In this document: positions 40,189 through 49,790 of the stretch, in pieces
How the letters are laid out: every line of letters begins with the position of its first letter
How positions within the stretch are numbered: the first letter of the stretch is position 1
Origin: Arcobacteraceae bacterium
Lineage (GTDB): Bacteria; Campylobacterota; Campylobacteria; Campylobacterales; Arcobacteraceae
Length of the DNA stretch: 64,000 bases
NCBI GenBank assembly: GCA_963662945.1
Contig: OY759974.1
Span: forward strand, 640,001-704,000
Direction: 5' to 3'
Notes under the pieces: model-generated
The model's input: only the letters and a program-made list of their open reading frames with translations
Told to the model about the DNA's origin: nothing
Database searches by the model: none
Translations under genes and position numbers: made by a program

Positions 40189-41659
40189 TGTCTTTTTCCT
40201 CAATATTATCTAGAATTATTTGATATGGATTGTCTGATATAGCCCCATAAATATGTTGTTTTTCTTTAAAATAATTATCTATTTCTTCACTATCCTCTAA
40301 TAAAGTCAATATTTTATTTTTAAACACCTCATAATTATTCTTTACAATAACACCTATTTCATCTTCTTGTGATATTAAAAAATTAAAATTCTCAAAATTA
40401 CAACATAATACTCTTTTTCCAAGAGATATAGCTTCTACACCCATTGTTGTGACTACAAAGATTGTAACTTTACTATCCAATATTGCCTCATAAGAGTTTT
40501 TATGTAAAATATCATCAAATATTATATTAGAATTATTTAATATCATATCTCTTTTTTCTAAAAAGATAGCTTGTCCTTTTGGATATTCATTCCTTTTTAT
40601 TCTATAAATAATTTTAAGATGAGGAAAATCCAATGAAAATTTTGCTAATAATTCAAGAGATTCAAAATAACTTTTTGCATGCAAGTAAAGAGGATCCTTT
40701 TGATTTAAAATATTTTGATTCCAAAATGGTGTTTCTAAAAATACAATGTCGAAATTATTAAGTTGCGTTTTTTCAATATTTGAAATTGCATCATATAATC
40801 TTAAAGAACATATTTCTATAACCCCATCATATGCCTTAAGTCCTGGGCAGCCAGTTTTTATATGACTATCAAATCTAAAATATTTATCACAAGTGATGTA
40901 AAAACTAGATAAATACTCTTCAGGCCTCATAGAAGTTTGTATTAAATAAATATTTTTTATTCCATGTTTTTTATAAATATAATACATCATTGAATCATAG
41001 TAATTATCACCTGCACTAATCAAATATTTTATCTCAATAACATTTTGTACTCTTAAAGTATATAAAGAATAATGATAAAATACTTTACCAAATAAATATA
41101 AAAAATTAATCTTACTTTGAAAAGTCAATTGAACAATTTTAATATAATTAATAATAATTTTTTTAAGCAATTCTATAGATTCTTCTTTGTTTATAAAAAA
41201 ACTATTTTTTATATAACCTAAATTGTATTTTTTTAGTAAATTCTTATCATTATTTTTTGTTAAATATGGTTTGAAGTATCCAAGTTTATACTTAGATAAT
41301 TTAGAAATAAGATTTTTATAAAAACGGTCAAATGTGATAAAATTTGCTTCTTCTAGCAAACTCCAACCTTCAAAAACAATATCATATTTGATTGTGGCTA
41401 AGTTTTTTTTCAACTTTCCAAAAATCAAACTTAGGAACAAATAAACTAAAATAGGGATAACTAAAAAAATAGAAACTACCATAATTTTGAAACTGTAAAT
41501 ATCAATTCTTGCTTTTTTCGTTACTGTGCTTACAGACATTCTTTTCATAAACACATTTATTATATCTTCCGGTATATCAAATACATTGTGAACGATATCT
41601 TTAAATTGCTTATACTCAATACTATTGTTATAATATCTTTCTACTTGATCATATATCAT
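40172..41659 (-). CDS. Hypothetical GT-B-like protein (candidate glycosyltransferase)
   Basis: 495-aa ORF; C-terminal SYEAI..SK..TTMGVEAISLGK. Confidence 0.55.
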   Translation of the reverse strand: MIYDQVERYYNNSIEYKQFKDIVHNVFDIPEDIINVFMKRMSVSTVTKKARIDIYSFKIMVVSIFLVIPILVYLFLSLIFGKLKKNLATIKYDIVFEGWSLLEEANFITFDRFYKNLISKLSKYKLGYFKPYLTKNNDKNLLKKYNLGYIKNSFFINKEESIELLKKIIINYIKIVQLTFQSKINFLYLFGKVFYHYSLYTLRVQNVIEIKYLISAGDNYYDSMMYYIYKKHGIKNIYLIQTSMRPEEYLSSFYITCDKYFRFDSHIKTGCPGLKAYDGVIEICSLRLYDAISNIEKTQLNNFDIVFLETPFWNQNILNQKDPLYLHAKSYFESLELLAKFSLDFPHLKIIYRIKRNEYPKGQAIFLEKRDMILNNSNIIFDDILHKNSYEAILDSKVTIFVVTTMGVEAISLGKRVLCCNFENFNFLISQEDEIGVIVKNNYEVFKNKILTLLEDSEEIDNYFKEKQHIYGAISDNPYQIILDNIEEKDSVTKK

Positions 41660-41802
41660 TAATTATACCTTATTCAAAAAAGTTGCTTAACTATCTTAAA
41701 ACTGTATTGTAAAAATTTTATCTAAACTATGCAATACTAAAAATTCCACTTTCTGCTTTTCAATTCAAATTTTAAATGCATATTGTAGATTATTGAATAG
41801 TA

Positions 41803-42792
41803 CTAAGCCATTTGTTTCATAGCAACAACAACAATGTTACCTGCTTGTTTTGTATCTATAAGATATTCTTCAAGCATTGTTGCAAATTTTTCATCAAAAA
41901 GTTTTTCTTTTAAATATAAACCTATATTTAGATCATTAATTTCATTATTTGTGATTAGTTTTTTTACATAACTAATATCAAGTGATCCATTCAAAGTATA
42001 ACTATCTACAAACTTCATTGCATTATTATTTAATAATATTTTAATATTATTTTCATTCATAAGATTTACATGCCCTGGTGGTAATATTTGCACATGCTTT
42101 TCTTTTGCTATTTCCCACTCAAAACTATTTGTATTTGGTGTTGAAAATATGAATATACCATCATCTTCAAGTAAATCATATATCTTTTTTAATAATAAGT
42201 TTTGATCAACTATATGTTCTAAAGTATCCCACATAGAGATTATGTCATATTTATTTTCGGAATTAATATTTAAAAAATTATCATTTATTACTTCATATTT
42301 TGGATATTTATTTGTTAATTCACTACAAGCTTCTTTACTCATATCACAACATGTAATATCAAAATTTACATTACTTTGGTTTAATGCTTCTATAAATATA
42401 CCTATTGCTGAACCAATATCAAGTAATTTACCATTTTTTTTATATTTTTTAATTAATTCTACTCTTGGTTTAAAAAGTTCAACACGATTATCGAATGATT
42501 CTCTGAAAAACTCATTCTCAAAAGATTTCATTTCACTATTATAATATTTATATAACTGTTCATCATTTGGGTAAGGATTACAAAACAATAATTTACAACT
42601 TTTACAAATACTAACATTAAACTTAAATGCCTCTACATAATCATCAACTTCTCTAGAGTTACAAACAGGACAAACATCTAATTTTAAATTGTTATTATCT
42701 ATTAGAGATACTTCATCATTAATCTTGCTCATCATCTCTTTAAGCATTTGTTGTTTTTTTTCAGTATGTATTTTGTCAAATGTTATTTTCAT
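41803..42792 (-). CDS. Class I SAM methyltransferase with Zn-binding motif
   Basis: CPVC..CKSC, LLDIGSAIG, DTLEHI, STPN. Confidence 0.85.
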   Translation of the reverse strand: MKITFDKIHTEKKQQMLKEMMSKINDEVSLIDNNNLKLDVCPVCNSREVDDYVEAFKFNVSICKSCKLLFCNPYPNDEQLYKYYNSEMKSFENEFFRESFDNRVELFKPRVELIKKYKKNGKLLDIGSAIGIFIEALNQSNVNFDITCCDMSKEACSELTNKYPKYEVINDNFLNINSENKYDIISMWDTLEHIVDQNLLLKKIYDLLEDDGIFIFSTPNTNSFEWEIAKEKHVQILPPGHVNLMNENNIKILLNNNAMKFVDSYTLNGSLDISYVKKLITNNEINDLNIGLYLKEKLFDEKFATMLEEYLIDTKQAGNIVVVAMKQMA

Positions 42793-43672
42793 AAATTGTT
42801 TTCCACTCTTTCATATGATACTCTCCATGTAATAAACCATTTGTATTACAACTACTACAAGGAGCTAAATTTCTTTTTCCCAATAATAAATTTTTTCTAT
42901 ACTTTTTAAAATTTTTTGATTTCCATACATTTACTAATGTATCATTAGTTATATTTCCCATTTTTACTTTTTTATTCCAATCTTGTAAACATAACATGAC
43001 ATCACCATTCCAATCTACCATCATAGAGTAAAAGGGATAGTAACATGATCTATTTATATCTACTTCTTCTTGCTTACCAACAGTAACTACACCTGCTCTA
43101 TTTGTAAGTTTCACCCCATAATCTTCATTAATTGTATACCATCTATCTCTTAATACATATGATTCTTCTGAGATATTTGCTTCATGAAATATTTTTTTGA
43201 AATGTTCAATTTGATGTGGACCATCATACATACTAATTATCATGATATCTAATCCATTATTAAAAAGTTCTTTAACAATTTTTGTTGTAACTTTATCACC
43301 ATTTGTAACAATTTCTAAACGTATACCATCTCCAAGTATTTTGACCATTTCTATTAAGTCATTATGCATCATAGGTTCTCCATAACCAGATAACACTATA
43401 GAACCTTTATAATCTATACTTTTCAATTCATTATTAATCTTTCTACATAGTTCTAACGAAACATGTAAATTTTGATTTGGATATATTGAATCATCGGCAC
43501 GAGGACAAAATATACATTTTCGATTACATAACTCAGTAGGATTTAAATCTATCCAACTAAAAAGTGGCACACCATCAAACATTTGTACTTTATCTATATG
43601 ATATGCTTTCCTATTTATATTTTTTTTTATTGTAGATTCAAAAATCTCTTCTTTTGTTTTACTATCTTTCAA
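42776..43672 (-). CDS. Radical SAM protein with SPASM/Twitch domain
   Basis: CNRKCIFC, GYGEP, TNG, CYYP..DWNGDV.LC..CSSC. Confidence 0.9.
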   Translation of the reverse strand: MKDSKTKEEIFESTIKKNINRKAYHIDKVQMFDGVPLFSWIDLNPTELCNRKCIFCPRADDSIYPNQNLHVSLELCRKINNELKSIDYKGSIVLSGYGEPMMHNDLIEMVKILGDGIRLEIVTNGDKVTTKIVKELFNNGLDIMIISMYDGPHQIEHFKKIFHEANISEESYVLRDRWYTINEDYGVKLTNRAGVVTVGKQEEVDINRSCYYPFYSMMVDWNGDVMLCLQDWNKKVKMGNITNDTLVNVWKSKNFKKYRKNLLLGKRNLAPCSSCNTNGLLHGEYHMKEWKTIYENNI

Positions 43673-43695
43673 ATTAATTTTCCTCCAAATATTCT

Positions 43696-44643
43696 CTATA
43701 TCTCAAAATCACGTAAATGAACAACACCTGATAGGTTATTTTTATCATCAACAACTAAGAGAGCATTTATTTTATTTTTTTTCATTATTTCACTTGCTTG
43801 TGATATTTTTTCATTTTCATTAATTGTTTTTGGAGTTTTATTCATAATATCTACTGCTTTTAGATTAAAAAAAGTTTTTTCATATCGCTCCATTACTTGT
43901 CTTAAATCATAATCTGTTATTATACCACATATACTATCTTTATTCATAACTACAACCAAACCATATTGTCCTTGAGTCATAATATGTATTATATCTTTTA
44001 TAGAAGTTGTTTCATTACATATAGGTAATTTATCTTTTTTCATAACAGTTTTTATCGTTGTAAGTAGTCTTTTCCCTAAACTACCTCCTGGATGAAATTG
44101 TGCAAAATCTTTATCTTTAAAATCTCTTAACTTCATAAGTGCTACCGCTAATGCATCACCCATAGCTAAAGTCGCGGTGGTTGAAGACGTTGGAGCCAAT
44201 TGTAAGGGACATGCCTCTTCTTCTACAAAAATATTTATATGAAAAGTTGAATTTATGGCCAATGTAGATTTACTATTTCCTGTCATTGAAACTATCAAGT
44301 TGCCATTATACTTAAGAAAAGGAATCAATTTTAAGACTTCATCAGTTTCACCAGAGTTAGAAAGTAACAATAATATATCATCTTTACCTATCATACCTAA
44401 ATCACCATGATAAGCTTCTCCCGGATGTAAAAAAAAGCTTGAAGTACCAGTACTTGCAAGTGTTGCTGCTATCTTTTTTCCTATTATACCGGATTTTCCC
44501 ATTCCACAAACTACTAAACGCCCCGTAGATTTAAAGATAAGATTAACAATACTTTCAAAATTCTCATCTAAAAAGTTTTTTAATTCTGAAATAGCCCTAG
44601 ATTCTATATCTAAAACATTCTTAGCAATATCTATTACGTTCAT
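43696..44643 (-). CDS. KdsD/KpsF/GutQ-family arabinose-5-phosphate isomerase
   Basis: GMGKSG, HGDLG, EACP..LAPTSSTT, HPGGSLG, CBS pair. Confidence 0.93.
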   Translation of the reverse strand: MNVIDIAKNVLDIESRAISELKNFLDENFESIVNLIFKSTGRLVVCGMGKSGIIGKKIAATLASTGTSSFFLHPGEAYHGDLGMIGKDDILLLLSNSGETDEVLKLIPFLKYNGNLIVSMTGNSKSTLAINSTFHINIFVEEEACPLQLAPTSSTTATLAMGDALAVALMKLRDFKDKDFAQFHPGGSLGKRLLTTIKTVMKKDKLPICNETTSIKDIIHIMTQGQYGLVVVMNKDSICGIITDYDLRQVMERYEKTFFNLKAVDIMNKTPKTINENEKISQASEIMKKNKINALLVVDDKNNLSGVVHLRDFEI

Positions 44644-44729
44644 ATCATTATTCCTTACTAATTAAGTCTAATGATTTAATTAACTCAATAATTTCTTTTA
44701 GTTTATTCTGCATTTATAACTCCTACATA

Positions 44730-45150
44730 ACCAAATTTTTTCTTTTGATATCATTTATTTTCTAATTTATACTCACTAAAATCACCATTTTGATATTATA
44801 TTAAATCTATATTTATCATATATCAATGTCTTAATTTTATTCTAAAGTAGTTTCAGTTTTCCATTTATTTCTTGATTTAAGATAATCAACAATTATATCT
44901 ATAAACTTACATTCTATAATTCTTTCAAGTACTAAACAACTCATCAATAAAGCGATAATTTTAGCACAATTTCCAAAATATCTAATATAACTAATCTTAG
45001 AATACCATTATCATCAAATTTATCCTTAATAATTAATTACTATCACTACTATGTAACCTTGATTTATAAAATTTTTTATATATTTTGTTCAAGATATCTT
45101 TTGGTAGTTAAATTAATTTCAAAATTAGAGTAATCAATAAAAACTAAACT
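44730..45150 (-). pseudogene. Decayed remnant of the C-terminal part of an FkbH-like protein
   Basis: In expected order: NLTTKRY (45114-45094), KDKFDDNG (45027-45004), LLMSCLVLER (from 44950, shifted frame); several stops; boundaries approximate. Confidence 0.7.
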
Positions 45151-45220
45151 ATCTAATCCAATATTTCATTCTAAAAACTTAATACTTTATTATTCAAATA
45201 ACCATTTTTTACATAAGCAT

Positions 45221-46966
45221 TTACTTCAGTATCAAATCTTTATTACTCATTATTTGATCAAATAAACTAATTAATTGATCTTCCCAATTTTTATTTGATT
45301 TAGCATATTTATTTACAAATTTCCATCTAGTTTTTTGGACAATGTCAGAAAACCACCAAGCTTCTACATCATCAAATATTTCATTAATATGCTTTGAAGC
45401 TGAAATTGGTGAAGTATGTAGTATTTTACAATAAATAAGCTCTTCTACCATACTAACAAAACTATCTCTAAATTTATAAGTTTGTAAATCTATGAATATT
45501 ACCGTAGGTTTATTCAAAAATAATGTTTCTAAAATTGTTGTACCTAAATGATCAAATATTAGTAATTTACTATTTTGAATTACCTTACTCATTTTATTAT
45601 TTATATCAATTCTAGTATTATAATTATTTGATTTAATAATTTTATTAATCATATTTAAACTAATTTTTGTATGATAGGGTCTAATAATAAATTTTTCATC
45701 TATGACATATCTATGAAGATGCTTAAAAAATAATTCCATATCAATAAAAAAACTTTTTAAGTATATGCTACTCATTGGATAATGAACAAACCTTAATAAA
45801 TATTTTGAAGCATTTGTAGTAATATATGTAATATTATTATCATTAAAAATATTCTTTTTTATCAGCATAGGTAAGCCAAAAGGTATTGTTTTTTCATCTT
45901 CTTTCCATCCAGAAGTTAAAAAATAGTTTGCAATTTCTCTTTCATAATTTTCACCCCAGAGATAAGATAACCATCCATATAAACCACCATGTTGATGCGA
46001 AATTATTTGAATATTTTTATAGTTTTCAGCCAAAAAGAATTTTACTTCATTATTACCATATAAAGCAGTTGATGTATAAAATACTCTGGGAACAAAAGTA
46101 ATTTTTTTAAGAGTATCATCCTTAAATTGTTGATAGTTACTTAAATATATTGATGGTATATCTTGTAATATATTTTTAAAGATATATTTTTTAAATACAT
46201 TAGTCGTATAAATATTAATAGTATCTCTTCGAGTAGTATCATCTGCAATTTGCATTTTTTCAATATAATTAAAATTATCAAATATTATTTTGAAATTACT
46301 TTTAATTAATAACTTAAGAATACTAATTAGAGATCTATCTCCAAAATTGACTTCACAAAATACTATTTTATCATTTTGAGCAAAAGATAAAATACTAGAT
46401 AATTTTCTTAAAAATTTACTTTTCAGTGACTCTTTTCGAAATATTTTAATAAGCTTTTTTTCAATCTTATTATTTATACATTTAGTTTTAAATTTCTTCT
46501 TAGGAAAAAGAAAACTTAAAACTTTACTATATATTTGTAAATTATATTCATCCGTTTGTGTAATAGTTATAAAATCTTTATAATCAAAAGGTATGCTATA
46601 TTGCTGCTCATCTAATAATATAGTATCAAAATTCCCATACTTCCTATAAAAGAAATAGATAGTTAAAAATCTGTCATAATTAATATTAATATAGTGGAAT
46701 AACCATTCTCCTAATAGTATCTTATAATATTGTTGAGAATTATCTACGTTATGAATCTGATTTAATTCTTTAGTTAATATATCTAAAAAAAATTCATAAT
46801 AGTATTCACACTTTTTCATAGCATTTGTAACTTTTTTATGATGATCCCAAATATAATTCATTACTTGATAGTCTTTTGTAGTATTTGTTTTACACCATTC
46901 TCCCAGTAATATAACATCATTTTGTTCATCTATAAAATCATTGAGTGCAGTAGTTAAGAGAAACAC
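45221..46966 (-). CDS. LIC12162-like putative transferase
   Basis: LLTTA..LGEWC N-terminus, HQHGGLYG, GTTILE..NKP, WW..VQ.TR..F; GTG start. Confidence 0.7.
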   Translation of the reverse strand: MFLLTTALNDFIDEQNDVILLGEWCKTNTTKDYQVMNYIWDHHKKVTNAMKKCEYYYEFFLDILTKELNQIHNVDNSQQYYKILLGEWLFHYININYDRFLTIYFFYRKYGNFDTILLDEQQYSIPFDYKDFITITQTDEYNLQIYSKVLSFLFPKKKFKTKCINNKIEKKLIKIFRKESLKSKFLRKLSSILSFAQNDKIVFCEVNFGDRSLISILKLLIKSNFKIIFDNFNYIEKMQIADDTTRRDTINIYTTNVFKKYIFKNILQDIPSIYLSNYQQFKDDTLKKITFVPRVFYTSTALYGNNEVKFFLAENYKNIQIISHQHGGLYGWLSYLWGENYEREIANYFLTSGWKEDEKTIPFGLPMLIKKNIFNDNNITYITTNASKYLLRFVHYPMSSIYLKSFFIDMELFFKHLHRYVIDEKFIIRPYHTKISLNMINKIIKSNNYNTRIDINNKMSKVIQNSKLLIFDHLGTTILETLFLNKPTVIFIDLQTYKFRDSFVSMVEELIYCKILHTSPISASKHINEIFDDVEAWWFSDIVQKTRWKFVNKYAKSNKNWEDQLISLFDQIMSNKDLILK

Positions 46967-46967
46967 T

Positions 46968-47606
46968 TTAAGCCTTTGGCATTATTTTCTCTATTTTAAT
47001 AATATACTTATAACCGTCTATTTCAAAAAATGCAGGATAATCATTATTATTTACTATTCTAAGTAAGTTAAATTGTTCTTTAATTGTTTTATTGATATCT
47101 AATTTACTATCTTCAAATGTTCTTTTTAAATAAAAACTTTCTTCACCAATCTGTTTTATAGATAATTTATATGCATCATAATTATCTAAAAATTCTAAAC
47201 ACATATTTATTGTAAAATTTCCTTGCTTGCTTCTTAATTCCTCATTAAGTTCATATCCAGTTAATTTTAATAATTTTTGCATATAGATATTTCCATCATC
47301 AACTCCTGTTGATGCTTCAAACATTGTAAATGGAATTTCATTACTACCTTCTAAAATTTGCCAAAACATTGGTGCCCACCCTTTACCCTTTGGTAATGCA
47401 CTTTCATGTATAACTATATTGTGCTTATGTTTTAATAAATATTTCTCTTCAATTATTTTATGATAACTTAAAATAAATACTATGTCGATATATTCATCAA
47501 TTTCTGTATGATTAAAATATAGTTCAGAATTTAATAACTTAGATTGTAATTTCTGTGCATACGGCACAAACCATTGATCTGGAGAAGTTAAAATACCTAT
47601 TTTCAT
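46968..47606 (-). CDS. Formyltransferase (Fmt-like)
   Basis: IHESALPKGKGWAP, GVDDG, LLRIVNN..YPAF. Confidence 0.85.
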   Translation of the reverse strand: MKIGILTSPDQWFVPYAQKLQSKLLNSELYFNHTEIDEYIDIVFILSYHKIIEEKYLLKHKHNIVIHESALPKGKGWAPMFWQILEGSNEIPFTMFEASTGVDDGNIYMQKLLKLTGYELNEELRSKQGNFTINMCLEFLDNYDAYKLSIKQIGEESFYLKRTFEDSKLDINKTIKEQFNLLRIVNNNDYPAFFEIDGYKYIIKIEKIMPKA

Positions 47607-48286
47607 TATTTAACTACCCTTATACTTTTAAATGTTTCAACATACTTTCTTCCAACACGCATACCACAATATTTTGAGTGCAATTCTATACCTTCTAAAC
47701 TTCGAGGATGAGGAAAATGACATAGTTCAGATTCATACATTTTCATTGCCTCTAATTTTAAACTCAATGTGTCAGTTATATCAAAATAAGTATCTGGAGA
47801 AAAAGAAATCGGATAATTCCACTCTGTTGAAGATAATATTTCAAAACTATATAGTTCTTTAACTGTTTCATCTTTCATAGGTCTTGTAGCCGTAACTACT
47901 GCTTTATATGTTATCTGATGATCAATATTTAAGTCATGTTCATAATGTGTAAATATTATATCAGGTTTTATTTCTTCTTTAACTTTAGAAATAACTTTTA
48001 TAATATCAAGTAAATCTACACTATCAAATCTATTATCTGGGAAACTTTCTACATATACTTTTTTTATACCTATAATGTCATTAGCTTTTTGAATCTCAGA
48101 ATTCAATACTTCTATTTCTTCTTGTCTTTTCTCTACTTCTCTTGTTATATCTCTACTTGTTTTACCTTCACCTAAAATTAATGTATATGCCTCATATCCT
48201 TCTTTTATAAGTCTAGCTACAGTTCCAAAGCATCCTAAAACTTCATCATCTGGATGAGCTGCAATAATTAGTATTTTTTTTGACAT
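47606..48286 (-). CDS. PIG-L family de-N-acetylase
   Basis: AAHPDDEVLG, DLNIDH, HPRS. Confidence 0.92.
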   Translation of the reverse strand: MSKKILIIAAHPDDEVLGCFGTVARLIKEGYEAYTLILGEGKTSRDITREVEKRQEEIEVLNSEIQKANDIIGIKKVYVESFPDNRFDSVDLLDIIKVISKVKEEIKPDIIFTHYEHDLNIDHQITYKAVVTATRPMKDETVKELYSFEILSSTEWNYPISFSPDTYFDITDTLSLKLEAMKMYESELCHFPHPRSLEGIELHSKYCGMRVGRKYVETFKSIRVVK

Positions 48287-48290
48287 AAAT

Positions 48291-49112
48291 TTACCTTAAA
48301 ATTAGATTCGTTGCATTATCATACATTATTTTTTCTATTTCTTTAGATGTAAAGTTATATTTTTCAAAATATACTATAGTTTTAGCAATGCTGTCTTCTA
48401 AAGGTACATATGGAAAATCTGACCCATATAATATTTTATCTAGGCCTATTTTTTTATATGCAAATGCAAAGTCTTGTTCAATTGATGAATTTAAATAAAA
48501 TAAAACTGAAAAAGATGTTTCCAAAAAAACATTTTTTTTCTCATCGGCTAATAGCATTGCTTCAATTATTCTCGCACCGCCACTATGAAGTAATACTATT
48601 GGTGTCTTTGTTATAAAATCTGAAATAAAACATGCTAACTTAAGATTATCATACTCATACATTTTAGAAGTTCCGTAACTTGTATCAATACAAATAATTA
48701 AATTATGTTTCTCTGCATATTTACATATTTTTGTAATATCAATAAAGTCACTATTAGAAATTTTTTGATGATATGAATGGAATTTTATTGCTTTAATACC
48801 AGACTTAACTGCTATTTCTAAGTATTCATAAACATTTTGTTGTCTAAAATCAATTAGTGCAGAAATTAAAGAACCTTGAAAATCATTATTTATATTGCTT
48901 ATAAAACTTGACAAATCATTTTTAAAAAAAATATTTTGATTAAATAACATAAAGTTTGCAGCATGCACTTGATTATTTTTCAATGTATTCTTATGATGTG
49001 TATAACATTTAGTTAGTTGTTCTAGATTCATATTATATTCATTTAAAACAGTTTCATTTACGTCACTTTTTAGATTACATGGTAAATGAACATTAAAATC
49101 AAAAATTTTCAT
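48291..49112 (-). CDS. Amidohydrolase-family protein
   Basis: DFNVH, IKFH, LHSGG, YGSDFPY. Confidence 0.85.
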   Translation of the reverse strand: MKIFDFNVHLPCNLKSDVNETVLNEYNMNLEQLTKCYTHHKNTLKNNQVHAANFMLFNQNIFFKNDLSSFISNINNDFQGSLISALIDFRQQNVYEYLEIAVKSGIKAIKFHSYHQKISNSDFIDITKICKYAEKHNLIICIDTSYGTSKMYEYDNLKLACFISDFITKTPIVLLHSGGARIIEAMLLADEKKNVFLETSFSVLFYLNSSIEQDFAFAYKKIGLDKILYGSDFPYVPLEDSIAKTIVYFEKYNFTSKEIEKIMYDNATNLILR

Positions 49113-49115
49113 TAT

Positions 49116-49763
49116 TTAGTCCTTAAAAATAAAAAGCATAAACTCTTTTTGAGGAATGGGATGATAATTGTGCTTCAACACTACATTTGATGACAATGTA
49201 AATGCAAATTCCAACATCTTCTCAGGACTATGATAAAATACAAAATCTTCCTTTTGATAATTTTCTGTAACCTTTGTAGATAAAAAATCTACTATCAACA
49301 CTTCATCAACTAGAGCAAAAGCCTTTTTAATAAAGTTTTTGGAATATTCATAATTATCTACTTTATCTTTAAAATTTAAATTTAGCACTCCAAACATAAG
49401 ACCTATATTAGCAATATTACTCTTTTTAGAAATTAAAATATTCTCAACTTCGAACTTTGCACGATTTGACGTATGTAATTTTTGTGATTCACTAATTAAA
49501 TCAGGGTTAATGTCATAACCTATATATTCATCAAACATTATGTGATTGTTATTTAAAAAAGTAAAATAATCTCCAAAGCCACATCCAATATCTAGGACTT
49601 TTTTGTTCTCAAAGACTATATTACTATCCAGTGTTTGCAAGAATCTATAATCTTGTTGTTCTTTTGTACCCCACCCTAGTGTTTTTACATCATAACCCAA
49701 TTTTTTATACCTTTGTGAATAACGCTCTATCGTTAACTTAGCAATATCATCAATATTATTCAT
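49116..49763 (-). CDS. Class I SAM methyltransferase
   Basis: LGWG..Q..RF, VLDIGCGFG, GYDIN. Confidence 0.87.
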   Translation of the reverse strand: MNNIDDIAKLTIERYSQRYKKLGYDVKTLGWGTKEQQDYRFLQTLDSNIVFENKKVLDIGCGFGDYFTFLNNNHIMFDEYIGYDINPDLISESQKLHTSNRAKFEVENILISKKSNIANIGLMFGVLNLNFKDKVDNYEYSKNFIKKAFALVDEVLIVDFLSTKVTENYQKEDFVFYHSPEKMLEFAFTLSSNVVLKHNYHPIPQKEFMLFIFKD

Positions 49764-49790
49764 TAATTATCCTTGTAAATCATATTTATA

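Noticed and set aside
41660-41802. 143-bp gap inside the glycan cluster as a possible gene relic or internal promoter
   Set aside because: Only short broken frames were found and no motif could be assigned
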